Assembly: GCA_964610875.1 (NCBI GenBank)
Contig: CAZSWP010000027.1
Span: 1-46,745 of the forward strand
Length of the DNA: 46,745 bases
Source of the DNA: an uncultured archaeon
Lineage (GTDB): Archaea > Asgardarchaeota > Thorarchaeia > Thorarchaeales > Thorarchaeaceae
Direction: 5' to 3'
Within the stretch, counting starts at the first letter, position 1. Every line of letters starts with the position of its first letter. A program made the translations under genes and the position numbers. Below are positions 1-9,122 of the stretch, piece after piece. A model generated the notes under the pieces. The model did no database searches. It saw only the letters and a list, made by a program, of their open reading frames with translations, and was not told the origin of the DNA.

Positions 1-2
1 AC

Positions 3-185
3 ACATTGATTATCGTTGGTGAAAATGATGAGATGACTCCCGTCAAATACTCTACATATTTGGATGATAAAATACCTTCTTCAAATATAGAAGTGATTCC
101 AAAGGCCGGTCATAGTGTAATGTTGGAACAATACGAACCTTTCAATACTATCATTAAGAACTGGATATTAGATAGACAACGATAA
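3..185 (+). CDS. alpha/beta hydrolase, C-terminal part (runs off the window start)
   Basis: Manual translation TLIIVGENDEMTP...VIPKAGHSVMLEQ...* shows the G-x-x-D acid motif and the AGH catalytic His motif. Confidence 0.85.
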   Translation, partial: TLIIVGENDEMTPVKYSTYLDDKIPSSNIEVIPKAGHSVMLEQYEPFNTIIKNWILDRQR

Positions 186-285
186 TTCATATCGTAAATG
201 GACATAATGGAATATTCTTAGATCATTTTTCAACAAATCCAGTAGAAATAATACAGAGTTCGTTTCCAAATAATGGAGTAGAAAG

Positions 286-1716
286 ATGCCTGATTACCCA
301 AAAAGGCGTCAGTATGTTTACGATTCAGAATCAATTGGAGAGATTGATGTGGTGACTGAAGAACCAACTCAAAAAATTCCAACTGATAAGAAAGAACGGT
401 TTGGTTGGTATCTATTTGATTTAGCTAATACTAGCTTCACCGTGCTTATTGTCACTGCTCTGTTTCCACTTTACTTCAGAGCGTTGGTTGGAAATGCAAC
501 ACTTGGAGATGCAATGTGGGGATATGCTGGTAGCATAACCATGATAGTAATAGCTATTAGCTCCCCAGTCTTAGGAGCCATTGCTGACTTTGGTGGGTCG
601 AAGAGGAAATTCCTGACCTTTTACACAGCTATGTGTATTGTATTCAATATGGCGATGTTCTTCCTTCGTGATGATATGCCTACCTTCTTAGGTATTGAAA
701 TGTGGATTTGGGCATGGCTTATCTTCATATTCGCAAATATTGGGTTTCAAGGTGCTCTGCCCTTCTATAATGCTTGGTTACCTGAAATCAGTACGGAAGA
801 AAATATAGGACGAATCGGTGGATATGGATTTGCAGCAGGTTATGTTGGTGCGATGGCAACAATAGTCATTGCCCTTTTGTCACTTGCATATTTCCCAACA
901 CAACCAACATTACCATTTCTATTCAGTGCTATCTTTTTCCTTGTTTTTGCTATACCGAGCATAATGTTACTAAAAAACCGTCCAGCAAAGAAACACCCTG
1001 GAGAAGAGGATATTGGTTTAGTAACTGTTGGATTTAGAAGAGTAAAAAATACACTAAGACAGATTCGAACATATGAGGGATTACCACTCTTCCTTGTTGC
1101 ATACTTCCTCTTTAGTGATGCAATTACAACAGTCATTTATTATGCTGCAATATTCGGACAAGCAGTATATAACTTTGATACGACACTCACACTCATCTTC
1201 TTTGCAGTGACTCAGTTGGCTGCTATACCAGGAGCTTTCATCTTTGGATGGGTTGCGGATAGAATCGGCACAAAGAAGACCTTAGTCATTACACTGAACA
1301 TTTGGATTGTGGCATTGCTTATAGCTTATCTCTTTGTAGCTTGGGGTCAAGTGATCTGGTGGTCCGTCGGTATGCTTGCTGGAGTCGGAATGGGCTCATC
1401 TCAAAGCACTGCTAGAAGTATGTATGGTCAGTTCATCCCAGAGGAAAAGAGAACTGAGATGTATGGGTTCTATGCACTTACCGGCAAGTTTGCAGCAATT
1501 CTAGGACCATTTGTTTACGGTTCTGTACTATTGCTTGTAAATCCATTACAATTGCCATCACTTATTGTAGATGCACACATGACCGCCATGCTTACAATTC
1601 TAGCATTCTTTGTGGTTTCAGTACTTCTGCTTCTAAAGGTCCGACAACCTGTAAAGGGCGAAGCGAGGATAGACTTTGTGATCCCTGAAGATGACATAGG
1701 ACTTCCATCAGTATAA
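286..1716 (+). CDS. MFS transporter (UMF1/ATG22-like family)
   Basis: About 12 TM helices; GWYLFDLANTSF, LGAIAD, GWVADRIGTKK, GFYALTGKFAAILGP. Confidence 0.9.
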   Translation: MPDYPKRRQYVYDSESIGEIDVVTEEPTQKIPTDKKERFGWYLFDLANTSFTVLIVTALFPLYFRALVGNATLGDAMWGYAGSITMIVIAISSPVLGAIADFGGSKRKFLTFYTAMCIVFNMAMFFLRDDMPTFLGIEMWIWAWLIFIFANIGFQGALPFYNAWLPEISTEENIGRIGGYGFAAGYVGAMATIVIALLSLAYFPTQPTLPFLFSAIFFLVFAIPSIMLLKNRPAKKHPGEEDIGLVTVGFRRVKNTLRQIRTYEGLPLFLVAYFLFSDAITTVIYYAAIFGQAVYNFDTTLTLIFFAVTQLAAIPGAFIFGWVADRIGTKKTLVITLNIWIVALLIAYLFVAWGQVIWWSVGMLAGVGMGSSQSTARSMYGQFIPEEKRTEMYGFYALTGKFAAILGPFVYGSVLLLVNPLQLPSLIVDAHMTAMLTILAFFVVSVLLLLKVRQPVKGEARIDFVIPEDDIGLPSV

Positions 1717-1717
1717 T

Positions 1718-1755
1718 GAGAAAGGGGTTTACCCTTTCTCCCATTTCTTTTTCTT
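1718..1755 (+). terminator. hairpin plus T-rich tract
   Basis: GAGAAAGGG-gttta-CCCTTTCTC (9-bp perfect stem) just after the MFS stop, followed by ccatttctttttctt. Confidence 0.7.
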
Positions 1756-1814
1756 GTGTCAAAGATGCTTTTTAATTTCTTAGCGCTGTTTCACTCTACA
1801 AATATATCATAATA

Positions 1815-2264
1815 ATGGAAATGAGTGCCATGAAGGAATATCCTGAAACTATGAAACTAAATGAAGTTAGGGAACATCTTGATGCAGGAGGAATGGCACA
1901 CTTAGCGATAATGGATGCGAACCAACCACGTGTCAGAATGATGTCATTAACAACACATGATAATAAACTGTGGTTAGCTACATGGAGTCATTGTAACAAA
2001 GTCGAACAGATAAAAGAGAATCCGAAAGTAGAATTTGGTTATGGATATCGAGTAAAGAAGGGATTTGGAGTGTTCCAAGTAACTGGTATTGTACATATCA
2101 TTAACAAACCTGAAACGAGAGAAGCAGTCAGTAAAACGATTCCTTGGGTTAATGGATACTGGGATTCTAGTGATTATTCACGTTGGACTCTGATACAAAT
2201 CGAACCTAACACAATTCTTCTTGACCATCCAGATGATAAAAAGAAGTATACAATCGAATTATAG
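1815..2264 (+). CDS. pyridoxamine 5'-phosphate oxidase-like FMN-binding split-barrel protein
   Basis: AHLAI..NQPRVRMM, K..QIKENPKV motifs. Confidence 0.8.
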   Translation: MEMSAMKEYPETMKLNEVREHLDAGGMAHLAIMDANQPRVRMMSLTTHDNKLWLATWSHCNKVEQIKENPKVEFGYGYRVKKGFGVFQVTGIVHIINKPETREAVSKTIPWVNGYWDSSDYSRWTLIQIEPNTILLDHPDDKKKYTIEL

Positions 2265-2342
2265 TTTGACGAGAGAACATAATTTTGTATTAACCTGTTG
2301 TATCACCAGAATTAAGTCCTTAGAATTATTACAAAATAGCAA

Positions 2343-3050
2343 TTGGTGAATGAAGTGAGTAAGGTAATTGTGATCACTGGTGCATCTAGTGGAATTGGAA
2401 GAGAAATAGCTCTTGAAATGGCAAGAGATGGTCATCGATTCTATTTGATTGGTCGGAATGAAGAAAGACTACGAGAAACAATGAAGGAGGTTTCTGAGAA
2501 GGGGGGAGAGGCATTCATCGGAGTTGGCGATGTTTCAGATGAGAAGATAGTTGAAAGACACTTCAAGGATGCAATAAAACAATTGGGAGTGATTGATGTG
2601 CTTGTCGCAAATGCAGGAATAGGATACTTTGGAAATTTGGAAGATATCACCATAGAACAATTTGATGTTCAAATGAAAACAAACGTTCGCGGCGTCTTTC
2701 TTTGGCTTAGAAGTGTATTACCTATGATGAGACAGAGAAACTCTGGACAAATAATAGTGACATCTTCGAACTTGGGATTGAAAACTTCTGCCAGAGCAAG
2801 CATATATGCCGCAACTAAGCATGCCGTGCAAGCTATGATCTGGTGCTTAAGAGATGAATTGAAAGGAACCGGAGTAAAAGCTGCCACAATAAATCCAGGT
2901 TCAGTTTCAACTCCTTGGTTTGACGGGAAGGATGTCGATAGGTCAAAAATGCTTACAGCGTCAGATGTTGCGAACGCTGTGCGTTTGATAATTGACCAAT
3001 CTGACACTTGTAATATTGACCACATTCTTCTGTTGCCAGGAGTAAACTAG
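2343..3050 (+). CDS. short-chain dehydrogenase/reductase (SDR)
   Basis: TGASSGIG, NAG, YAATK catalytic motif. Confidence 0.95.
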   Translation: MVNEVSKVIVITGASSGIGREIALEMARDGHRFYLIGRNEERLRETMKEVSEKGGEAFIGVGDVSDEKIVERHFKDAIKQLGVIDVLVANAGIGYFGNLEDITIEQFDVQMKTNVRGVFLWLRSVLPMMRQRNSGQIIVTSSNLGLKTSARASIYAATKHAVQAMIWCLRDELKGTGVKAATINPGSVSTPWFDGKDVDRSKMLTASDVANAVRLIIDQSDTCNIDHILLLPGVN

Positions 3051-3115
3051 ATACAACAATAGCTTATTTGACAATCTACCTAGTTGAACCGATAGCTATT
3101 TGGATTTGAAAAATT

Positions 3116-3307
3116 ATGGGAAAAATAAAAATAATAATTTTGGTTTATCTCCTTGCAGGCATAGCATACATGGCTCTGCTTCATTTTGGGTTTATAAGCC
3201 TCGAAGTTGGGAATGTGCTCGTAAATATCCTATTCTACATATTCTTCCCAATTGCTATACTATATACCATTATAATGGCAATGTTCTACGGCATGATGAT
3301 GGGTTAG
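3116..3307 (+). CDS. small two-TM membrane protein, hypothetical
   Basis: Two hydrophobic helices; stop overlaps the stop of the convergent gene. Confidence 0.45.
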   Translation: MGKIKIIILVYLLAGIAYMALLHFGFISLEVGNVLVNILFYIFFPIAILYTIIMAMFYGMMMG

Positions 3308-3768
3308 ACTTTGCCTGGTGGATCTTTTTTGCTAATGTAGATTAATCCTCCGACAAAGAAACCCATTCCTAGTAGTACAAGAATTGCGCCAACTTGTATA
3401 AATTCGCCGAGAAGCCAGTTTAGCTGACTTAGTATTTGTCCAATAATAATAGCTACAATGCCTGAAATAGAAGTATATTTTCCAATGCTTGTATCCTTCT
3501 TCTGGATCATTAGGTCTTCATTTTTCCCTACGCTAGGTGCAGCGGATACTTTTACATCCGATTTGAAAAACCTTGTACCATCATCAGAAAAACAACCATG
3601 AATAATATCAGCAGCCACGAGTTCTTCAAAGAGTGCACAAGTGCTTTCTATACTAAGATCGATATCTCTCGAAATCATTTCTATGGAACTTACTTTGGTG
3701 CTGATTAGATACTCAATTATGGCATCTGATTCAGGTTTGTGACCCATTTGAGTTGCATCTTTGGTCAT
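3304..3768 (-). CDS. winged-helix (PCI-like) domain protein with two C-terminal TM helices
   Basis: SIEMISRDIDLSIESTCALFEELVAADIIHG wHTH pattern, then two hydrophobic helices. Confidence 0.6.
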   Translation of the reverse strand: MTKDATQMGHKPESDAIIEYLISTKVSSIEMISRDIDLSIESTCALFEELVAADIIHGCFSDDGTRFFKSDVKVSAAPSVGKNEDLMIQKKDTSIGKYTSISGIVAIIIGQILSQLNWLLGEFIQVGAILVLLGMGFFVGGLIYISKKDPPGKV

Positions 3769-3960
3769 TCATATCACAAGGTAATGTTAGAATATTGTAC
3801 ATTTAATGCAGAGTCACATCAAAGGGTCACCAAATTTGGACACTATATGAGAACACAAAATGTGACCTAAAATTCACCTTATTATGAAAGAGTAAAGAGA
3901 ATGTGATAGAAAGCTTCCAAAAAGCTCTTTCACTACTCTCTAATTCAATTGCTTTGATTC

Positions 3961-4956
3961 TCATTTCAGAGTAATACTAATCTCATTCATCAATGGTCTG
4001 ATTCCTTTGATCAGTAACATCAATACTATCAATATCATGACAGCACCGGCAATTCCACTTCCAAGAGTTAAACTCCATGCAAAAATTTCTTCATTCACAT
4101 TTACACCAAGGCGTGCAAGAACAAAAGAAATCAATCCAAAGAAACTTCCACAGATAGAGAAGAAAGCAGGAATCCTTCGCGAAACACTGATATTCAATGT
4201 GCCAATGTTCACTTGAATTGGTTTTGGTTGAATTTGCACTATCGTAATTTCGACCCCTAAATTCTCGATTTTTCCATCTCTGTGTACGATTTGGAATTCA
4301 ACAGTAAGTTTGTGTTCACCAACTTCAATTGGTAGTACCTTGAAATCAGCCTCAGTTTCAGTATCGAGTTCGTTTACCTTAATATCACGATATGCTGGAG
4401 ATATATTACAACCACTACAAACTGGAATCACTCGAACATGTCCTGTTCTTGCTATTTTATAGATTGATTCAGATTCATGAACTCTAGCTCCATCAGGTGC
4501 AGTAACTTTGAATTCAGGTTTATGCAAGTTCACGGTCAAATCGTATTCTTCTTCCAAGCTCATCCTTTCCCAGTAAATCAGGGAAGCCTTCCTTTCTATT
4601 GGTGTAATTGAGCTACCGGAGGCCATGGTTTCATCAAAAATCTCACGACCATGTGTATCTTTAGCACCTGTTGGTCTGGACGTCATTTCCCCTGATTCAT
4701 CACGTGTGCTGCTTGATGGTTCTTCTTCAATCAACATCTCCATTCTTTTCCGTTCTACAGGAGTCATTTCCTTGTCTTTTGTATGTGGAGAAGGACTTTT
4801 CTCTTTAGAGTCTCTCTTCCCTCTTCTAGTAGTTTTGGGACCCTTTTTCATATCAATTGATGAGTATATCAGTAACAGAACTGAAAATCCTAGAATAACA
4901 AGTGCGATTGTATCAAGCATTGTAAATAACCTGAGAAAGTTCTTGTTCACAAACAT
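3961..4956 (-). CDS. hypothetical membrane protein (N-terminal TM, charged linker, beta-rich domain, two C-terminal TMs); probable start at MLDTI
   Basis: Long ORF with a coherent hydropathy pattern. Confidence 0.7.
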   Translation of the reverse strand: MFVNKNFLRLFTMLDTIALVILGFSVLLLIYSSIDMKKGPKTTRRGKRDSKEKSPSPHTKDKEMTPVERKRMEMLIEEEPSSSTRDESGEMTSRPTGAKDTHGREIFDETMASGSSITPIERKASLIYWERMSLEEEYDLTVNLHKPEFKVTAPDGARVHESESIYKIARTGHVRVIPVCSGCNISPAYRDIKVNELDTETEADFKVLPIEVGEHKLTVEFQIVHRDGKIENLGVEITIVQIQPKPIQVNIGTLNISVSRRIPAFFSICGSFFGLISFVLARLGVNVNEEIFAWSLTLGSGIAGAVMILIVLMLLIKGIRPLMNEISITLK

Positions 4957-5001
4957 AAATGGATTTCCGTGTTGAAATCAGTTAGCATATTTCAACCTGA
5001 A

Positions 5002-5493
5002 TTATTTATCAGGTATTTCACTCACATCGCTTTTATCTTGTGTAAGATGTTGTTTTGAGAGAACCCATTCATTTAATCGTGCAGGTTCCATGTTTCTTAC
5101 GACTATTATTGGAACATCGTTAATTGGTATCAACTGTGACGCAAGTGTACCAATAGACCAACCAATGTAAAGAAAAGAAGCTCATTTTATACGCTCCATG
5201 TTTTCTTTTGCGTTAAACATGAGAATAACATAACTATACTGTACCGTACCATAAGTAATTGAAGAATATAGAAAGAATAATACTGCGGAAATAGGACCAG
5301 AATATGTACGAATATTATAGAATTGAAACCAAAAGAAATAATCCACAATAAAGCTAAGAAATATTCCAAGACAACCAAAAGTAATGGCACTATATTTTTC
5401 ACTATGAATTAACACAACTAACCATATCAAAACAAAAGTAAGAGCGAATATGATGAAATCAAGACCAAGAATATGCTCTATAATGTCTAGCAT
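5002..5493 (-). pseudogene. multi-TM membrane protein interrupted by an in-frame TGA at 5182-5184
   Basis: The frame stays open for 59 codons after the TGA (ASFLYIGWSIGTLASQLIPI..., another TM helix) to TAA at 5002-5004. Confidence 0.55.
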
Positions 5494-5536
5494 CTAAATT
5501 CCCAATTCTGTCTTTATAAAAATACCAAAAAACGTA

Positions 5537-6781
5537 CTAAAACATGTATCGCCTTAGTCGTGATGCCCATATCTTATTACAATATTTTCTACTATCACTA
5601 AGGATTCTAGACGATTCTTTCTTTTTCAAATGAGGAGTAACCAACTCTAATAACGTGTCAATTAAAGATTCAATAGCTTCATAGAGTTGATCCAAATCCG
5701 ATGGAGCCATGCTATCAACAAAATCATATGTTATGGCCCTTGAGCCAATCTGACGAATTCTACCTATCCAAGGTTGTGTATTCACGATTTGTTTTATTGC
5801 TTTGGTGAAATAGGCTCGAGTCTTTTTTACACCAATATCAGAGGCTATCTGTCGAAAAACCCGAGATGCGACACATTCCACAAGTAATACCAATTGTTTT
5901 TCAATAGGAATACGCTCAACAAAACCTGATAAAATCAGGATTCCTAGTTCGTATAGCATTTGAGAATGATTTAATTCATCAATATGTGACATCAATTTCT
6001 TGAGCGGCGTTCGCCCATCCAAAAATGACAGTACAATTCGAGTGGAATCAGCGATTTTCAATGGATTAGCATTACTCAACAACTTGCTATGTGACTGATG
6101 AGATAGTTCAAGTATATCCTCATCATCAGGAATATAGTGCAAATATATTGCATTATGCCATCTAGCATCACAAACAAGTTCGGTAACTTTCTTAATGGGT
6201 AGATTCAATCTTTGTGAAATATTTGCTATGCTCTCTCCGTTTCCAATTTCTGATAAAAATTTCATCACTTGATATGACTTACTTGGGAGATCGAAAGGCA
6301 CCATCTTTTTCCTATAGTGGTTATCTTTAATTACAATTGTTCTATTAACTATATCACCCGCAATAAACACCCTCATGACATATTGGTCAAACTCATTGAA
6401 TATTTTACCATCAATACCTTCTGCTTCTTTTAGAGATTGAAATGTATCTTCAAACTCCCGAACAACGCTTCGCAGCTTGCTCCTAATCTCACTAGTTTCT
6501 CTTGAAACTGCTATCACACCAATTGTCCAATCACCCTCCTGAACAATAAAGGTAGAATCTGAACCATATACTGTTGTCCATCCAGATTGTTCTTCACCAG
6601 TTACTTCATTCATAAAGCTCGTCATGGCGCTTACAAATCCAGAGAGAATCTGAGGATCAATTCCATCCGGGACAAATTCATGAGAGTACGGAGCAAGACC
6701 AGTTTCTTTATTCAAAATAAAAAGAACTTTCTTATTTGAAAGGTGCTCTGAGATTCCCTTTTTCATATTCAAAATTCTCAC
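5537..6781 (-). CDS. longin/roadblock-like N-terminal domain plus two winged-helix domains (Asgard-type protein)
   Basis: VLFILNKETGL...DPQILSGFVSAMTSFMNE...LRSVVREFE longin-like pattern; wHTH segments SIANISQRLNL and VLSFLDGRTPLKKL. Confidence 0.65.
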   Translation of the reverse strand: MRILNMKKGISEHLSNKKVLFILNKETGLAPYSHEFVPDGIDPQILSGFVSAMTSFMNEVTGEEQSGWTTVYGSDSTFIVQEGDWTIGVIAVSRETSEIRSKLRSVVREFEDTFQSLKEAEGIDGKIFNEFDQYVMRVFIAGDIVNRTIVIKDNHYRKKMVPFDLPSKSYQVMKFLSEIGNGESIANISQRLNLPIKKVTELVCDARWHNAIYLHYIPDDEDILELSHQSHSKLLSNANPLKIADSTRIVLSFLDGRTPLKKLMSHIDELNHSQMLYELGILILSGFVERIPIEKQLVLLVECVASRVFRQIASDIGVKKTRAYFTKAIKQIVNTQPWIGRIRQIGSRAITYDFVDSMAPSDLDQLYEAIESLIDTLLELVTPHLKKKESSRILSDSRKYCNKIWASRLRRYMF

Positions 6782-6870
6782 CTATTTTTCATTTTTTTCC
6801 CCAAATGAAGTCATAGTAAAGCCAAAACGTATACATATTTTATCAGTCCATTAAAAGATATCCGCTGCTC

Positions 6871-7233
6871 CTAAATTGTAGATGTTTTATCGATAGCTCT
6901 GAAGAGTTCAGCACTTCTGATTGGCTTAGTTAAAAAATCACAAGCACCTTCTTCCAGCGCTTGACTTTTCGTAGTTTCATCAGCACTGACAAAGAGAATC
7001 TTTGCCCGTATATCTATTTTAAGTATATTACCTGTAGCTATAACTCCATTCATAATTGGCATTCTATGATCCATCAATACAACATCCGGCTTGTTATCCA
7101 ATTCTTTATATCGCTCTACAGCTTCAGCACCATCGAAGGCATGTCCTATGACTTGATGCCCTCCTATTTCTAGAATTCTTTCTAAAACCTTATGAAGGAA
7201 GGGATCATCATCTACTATCAAAATTTTAGCCAT
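6871..7233 (-). CDS. single-domain response regulator (CheY-like receiver)
   Basis: ILIVDDD, PDVVLMDHRMPIMNG (phospho-Asp), SA, FLTKP; GGAGG upstream of the ATG. Confidence 0.95.
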   Translation of the reverse strand: MAKILIVDDDPFLHKVLERILEIGGHQVIGHAFDGAEAVERYKELDNKPDVVLMDHRMPIMNGVIATGNILKIDIRAKILFVSADETTKSQALEEGACDFLTKPIRSAELFRAIDKTSTI

Positions 7234-7523
7234 AATGAAAACCTCCCAAATGCATGAATTTTGTTATCTGAGTTACTGATGGTGCATTGGTTTAATGTTT
7301 GAACTTCGTGCAACGGCATACCCTCATATTCAACTGTATCTTATTGGTCGTCATCCAACCATTGTCTTCTCAATAATCCTGTGGCGTTTCAGGATCCAGT
7401 CAAAGACAAAGATTTGTACTAGTGCCGTCTAGGTCCCATTCCACACTCGGTTCATTTCTTTATCAAGATTTTCAACTGAGTGTGATATTTCTATGCTGAA
7501 GAATATTATTTGATATTATTAGA

Positions 7524-8309
7524 TTATTGTTGATATATAGAAGCTTTCTCATAGCTGTAATTCCATAATTTGAGGAGTATTTCATGAATTTTTTCTTGTT
7601 GAAAACCAAAACTTTGGAAGATTGTCTTGTATTCAAGAGGATATAGAAACATAATTCCTTCCAATCCTCTCTTATTAGAAAGCTGAAGATGATGGGATAC
7701 CATCTCTCTGAATGAATGAATTGTAGATGAGTGAATTGTGACTTGAATTTGAGATCTACCTGGAATAGCACTTAATGATGTGGATAACGCAACTATCTTT
7801 CCTGCTTTTTCTATTACGGAAAATTCAATGTTATCTGATTCATGACAGAGAAAACAATTAAATTCATATGCAGTCCAGAAGAGTAGAAAAAGACGATTTT
7901 GAGTTACTTCAGCAATCTCATCCTTATGATAACTCAAATATTGATTATCTATCATCTTAACATTGCCAGATTCATATGATTCTAAATCCAAAGTAGACCA
8001 TGCTGAAAGAACACCATATTCTGCAATAGGTTTCAATCCGATAGATTTTGCAAGTTTTACTGGTGCTTCACTCTTTTTTGATAACGAAAGTCTAACTCAT
8101 TTTACATGCAACTCTTTTGCGGTTCTCAACATATGGAAAGTCATATGCTGTGCAAAACCTCTTTTTTGAAAATCTGGATGAACTCGAATTCCTTCAAACC
8201 ATGCAGTTATTCCTTCGTCAAGCAAACGGACATTTGCAATACAAACTATTTTCCCCCTTCTTCTAACCCTAGTTGATGACAATTATGATTTTCAAACCAC
8301 TCGTCAATA
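7524..8309 (-). pseudogene. GNAT N-acetyltransferase, decayed
   Basis: WFEGIRVHPDFQKRGFA acetyl-CoA motif; in-frame TGA at 8097-8099 joins the 61-aa and 170-aa ORFs; N-terminal IDEWFENHNC.. lies in another frame (frameshift near 8255). Confidence 0.75.
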
Positions 8310-8636
8310 ACCTATAGTAATAAGACTTGCAAAGATAAAGAACATAATCAGAATCCCAGTTGTTACAGTACAAGCAGCCTTGAATCGTGACGTTTCAATA
8401 ACAGAGTAATAATGATCCCTGCAAACTGGTATTTCGAGTCGTCTTACTGCTGTCATTGAATTTCTGGGTCGCCGTTTCGATTGCTTGTATTGTTTACTCC
8501 TTGGTGATGAATCTCGCAGTGAAGCGGCAATTAGTGCTTTATCTGAAGCAGGTTTACCACAGACAGGACATCTATAAGGAAAATTAATTGTGGGTGAGTC
8601 AAAATGGATCAAATATGAGTTATTTCTCAGTCCCAC
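8304..8636 (-). CDS. Zn-binding (CPVC...CxxH) membrane protein, probably C-terminally truncated
   Basis: FPYRCPVCGKP, LEIPVCRDH, one TM ending abruptly at the GNAT remnant. Confidence 0.55.
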   Translation of the reverse strand: MGLRNNSYLIHFDSPTINFPYRCPVCGKPASDKALIAASLRDSSPRSKQYKQSKRRPRNSMTAVRRLEIPVCRDHYYSVIETSRFKAACTVTTGILIMFFIFASLITIGY

Positions 8637-8717
8637 ACTTTTTCACACTCGGTGATTTTTTTTGGATAGCATACCTCTTCATTTTTTTGGAGTCGGCATG
8701 CATGAAAGTACTGTGGT

Positions 8718-8957
8718 TTATTCAGAAGGTGTTGATAGTACATAACCTTCCTCAATCTTCTTCTTTAAGCGGTTTTCAACGAATTCCTTGGCTTCTCTAA
8801 AATCTCTGAATTCCCGAGAAGCCCTAGTACCACTACCACCTATCTTACCAAAATGAATGGTGACCGCATTCCCATTGATAGTCGCTTTCCAAAATTCTCC
8901 TCCTCCAATTACATTTCGAATTTCATAGATGCCTGTATCAAATATTTCTCTTGGCAT
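8718..8957 (-). CDS. stand-alone WGR domain protein
   Basis: FW..T..G..VTIHFGKIGGSG...F....A......KKIEEGY matches the WGR pattern (WGRIG ... KxxxGY). Confidence 0.8.
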   Translation of the reverse strand: MPREIFDTGIYEIRNVIGGGEFWKATINGNAVTIHFGKIGGSGTRASREFRDFREAKEFVENRLKKKIEEGYVLSTPSE

Positions 8958-9122
8958 AGCTTTAGCTTCACTGACAAGTGATATTGATTCTTAGTACTTA
9001 AACAATCCTCATTGAATGTCTTTGAAATATAATGCCATAATGACATCTCCATAGTTTTGGTTACATCTTGCTTAGAACACTCTACTATCAATGCAAATCA
9101 TGATTAAAACATTAAAGGAGGT

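Noticed and set aside
5182-5184. Selenocysteine or alternative genetic code (TGA as sense)
   Set aside because: The context is not a redox Cys position and no SECIS-like element is recognisable; TGA is the normal stop of mvhD, fdhA and ade
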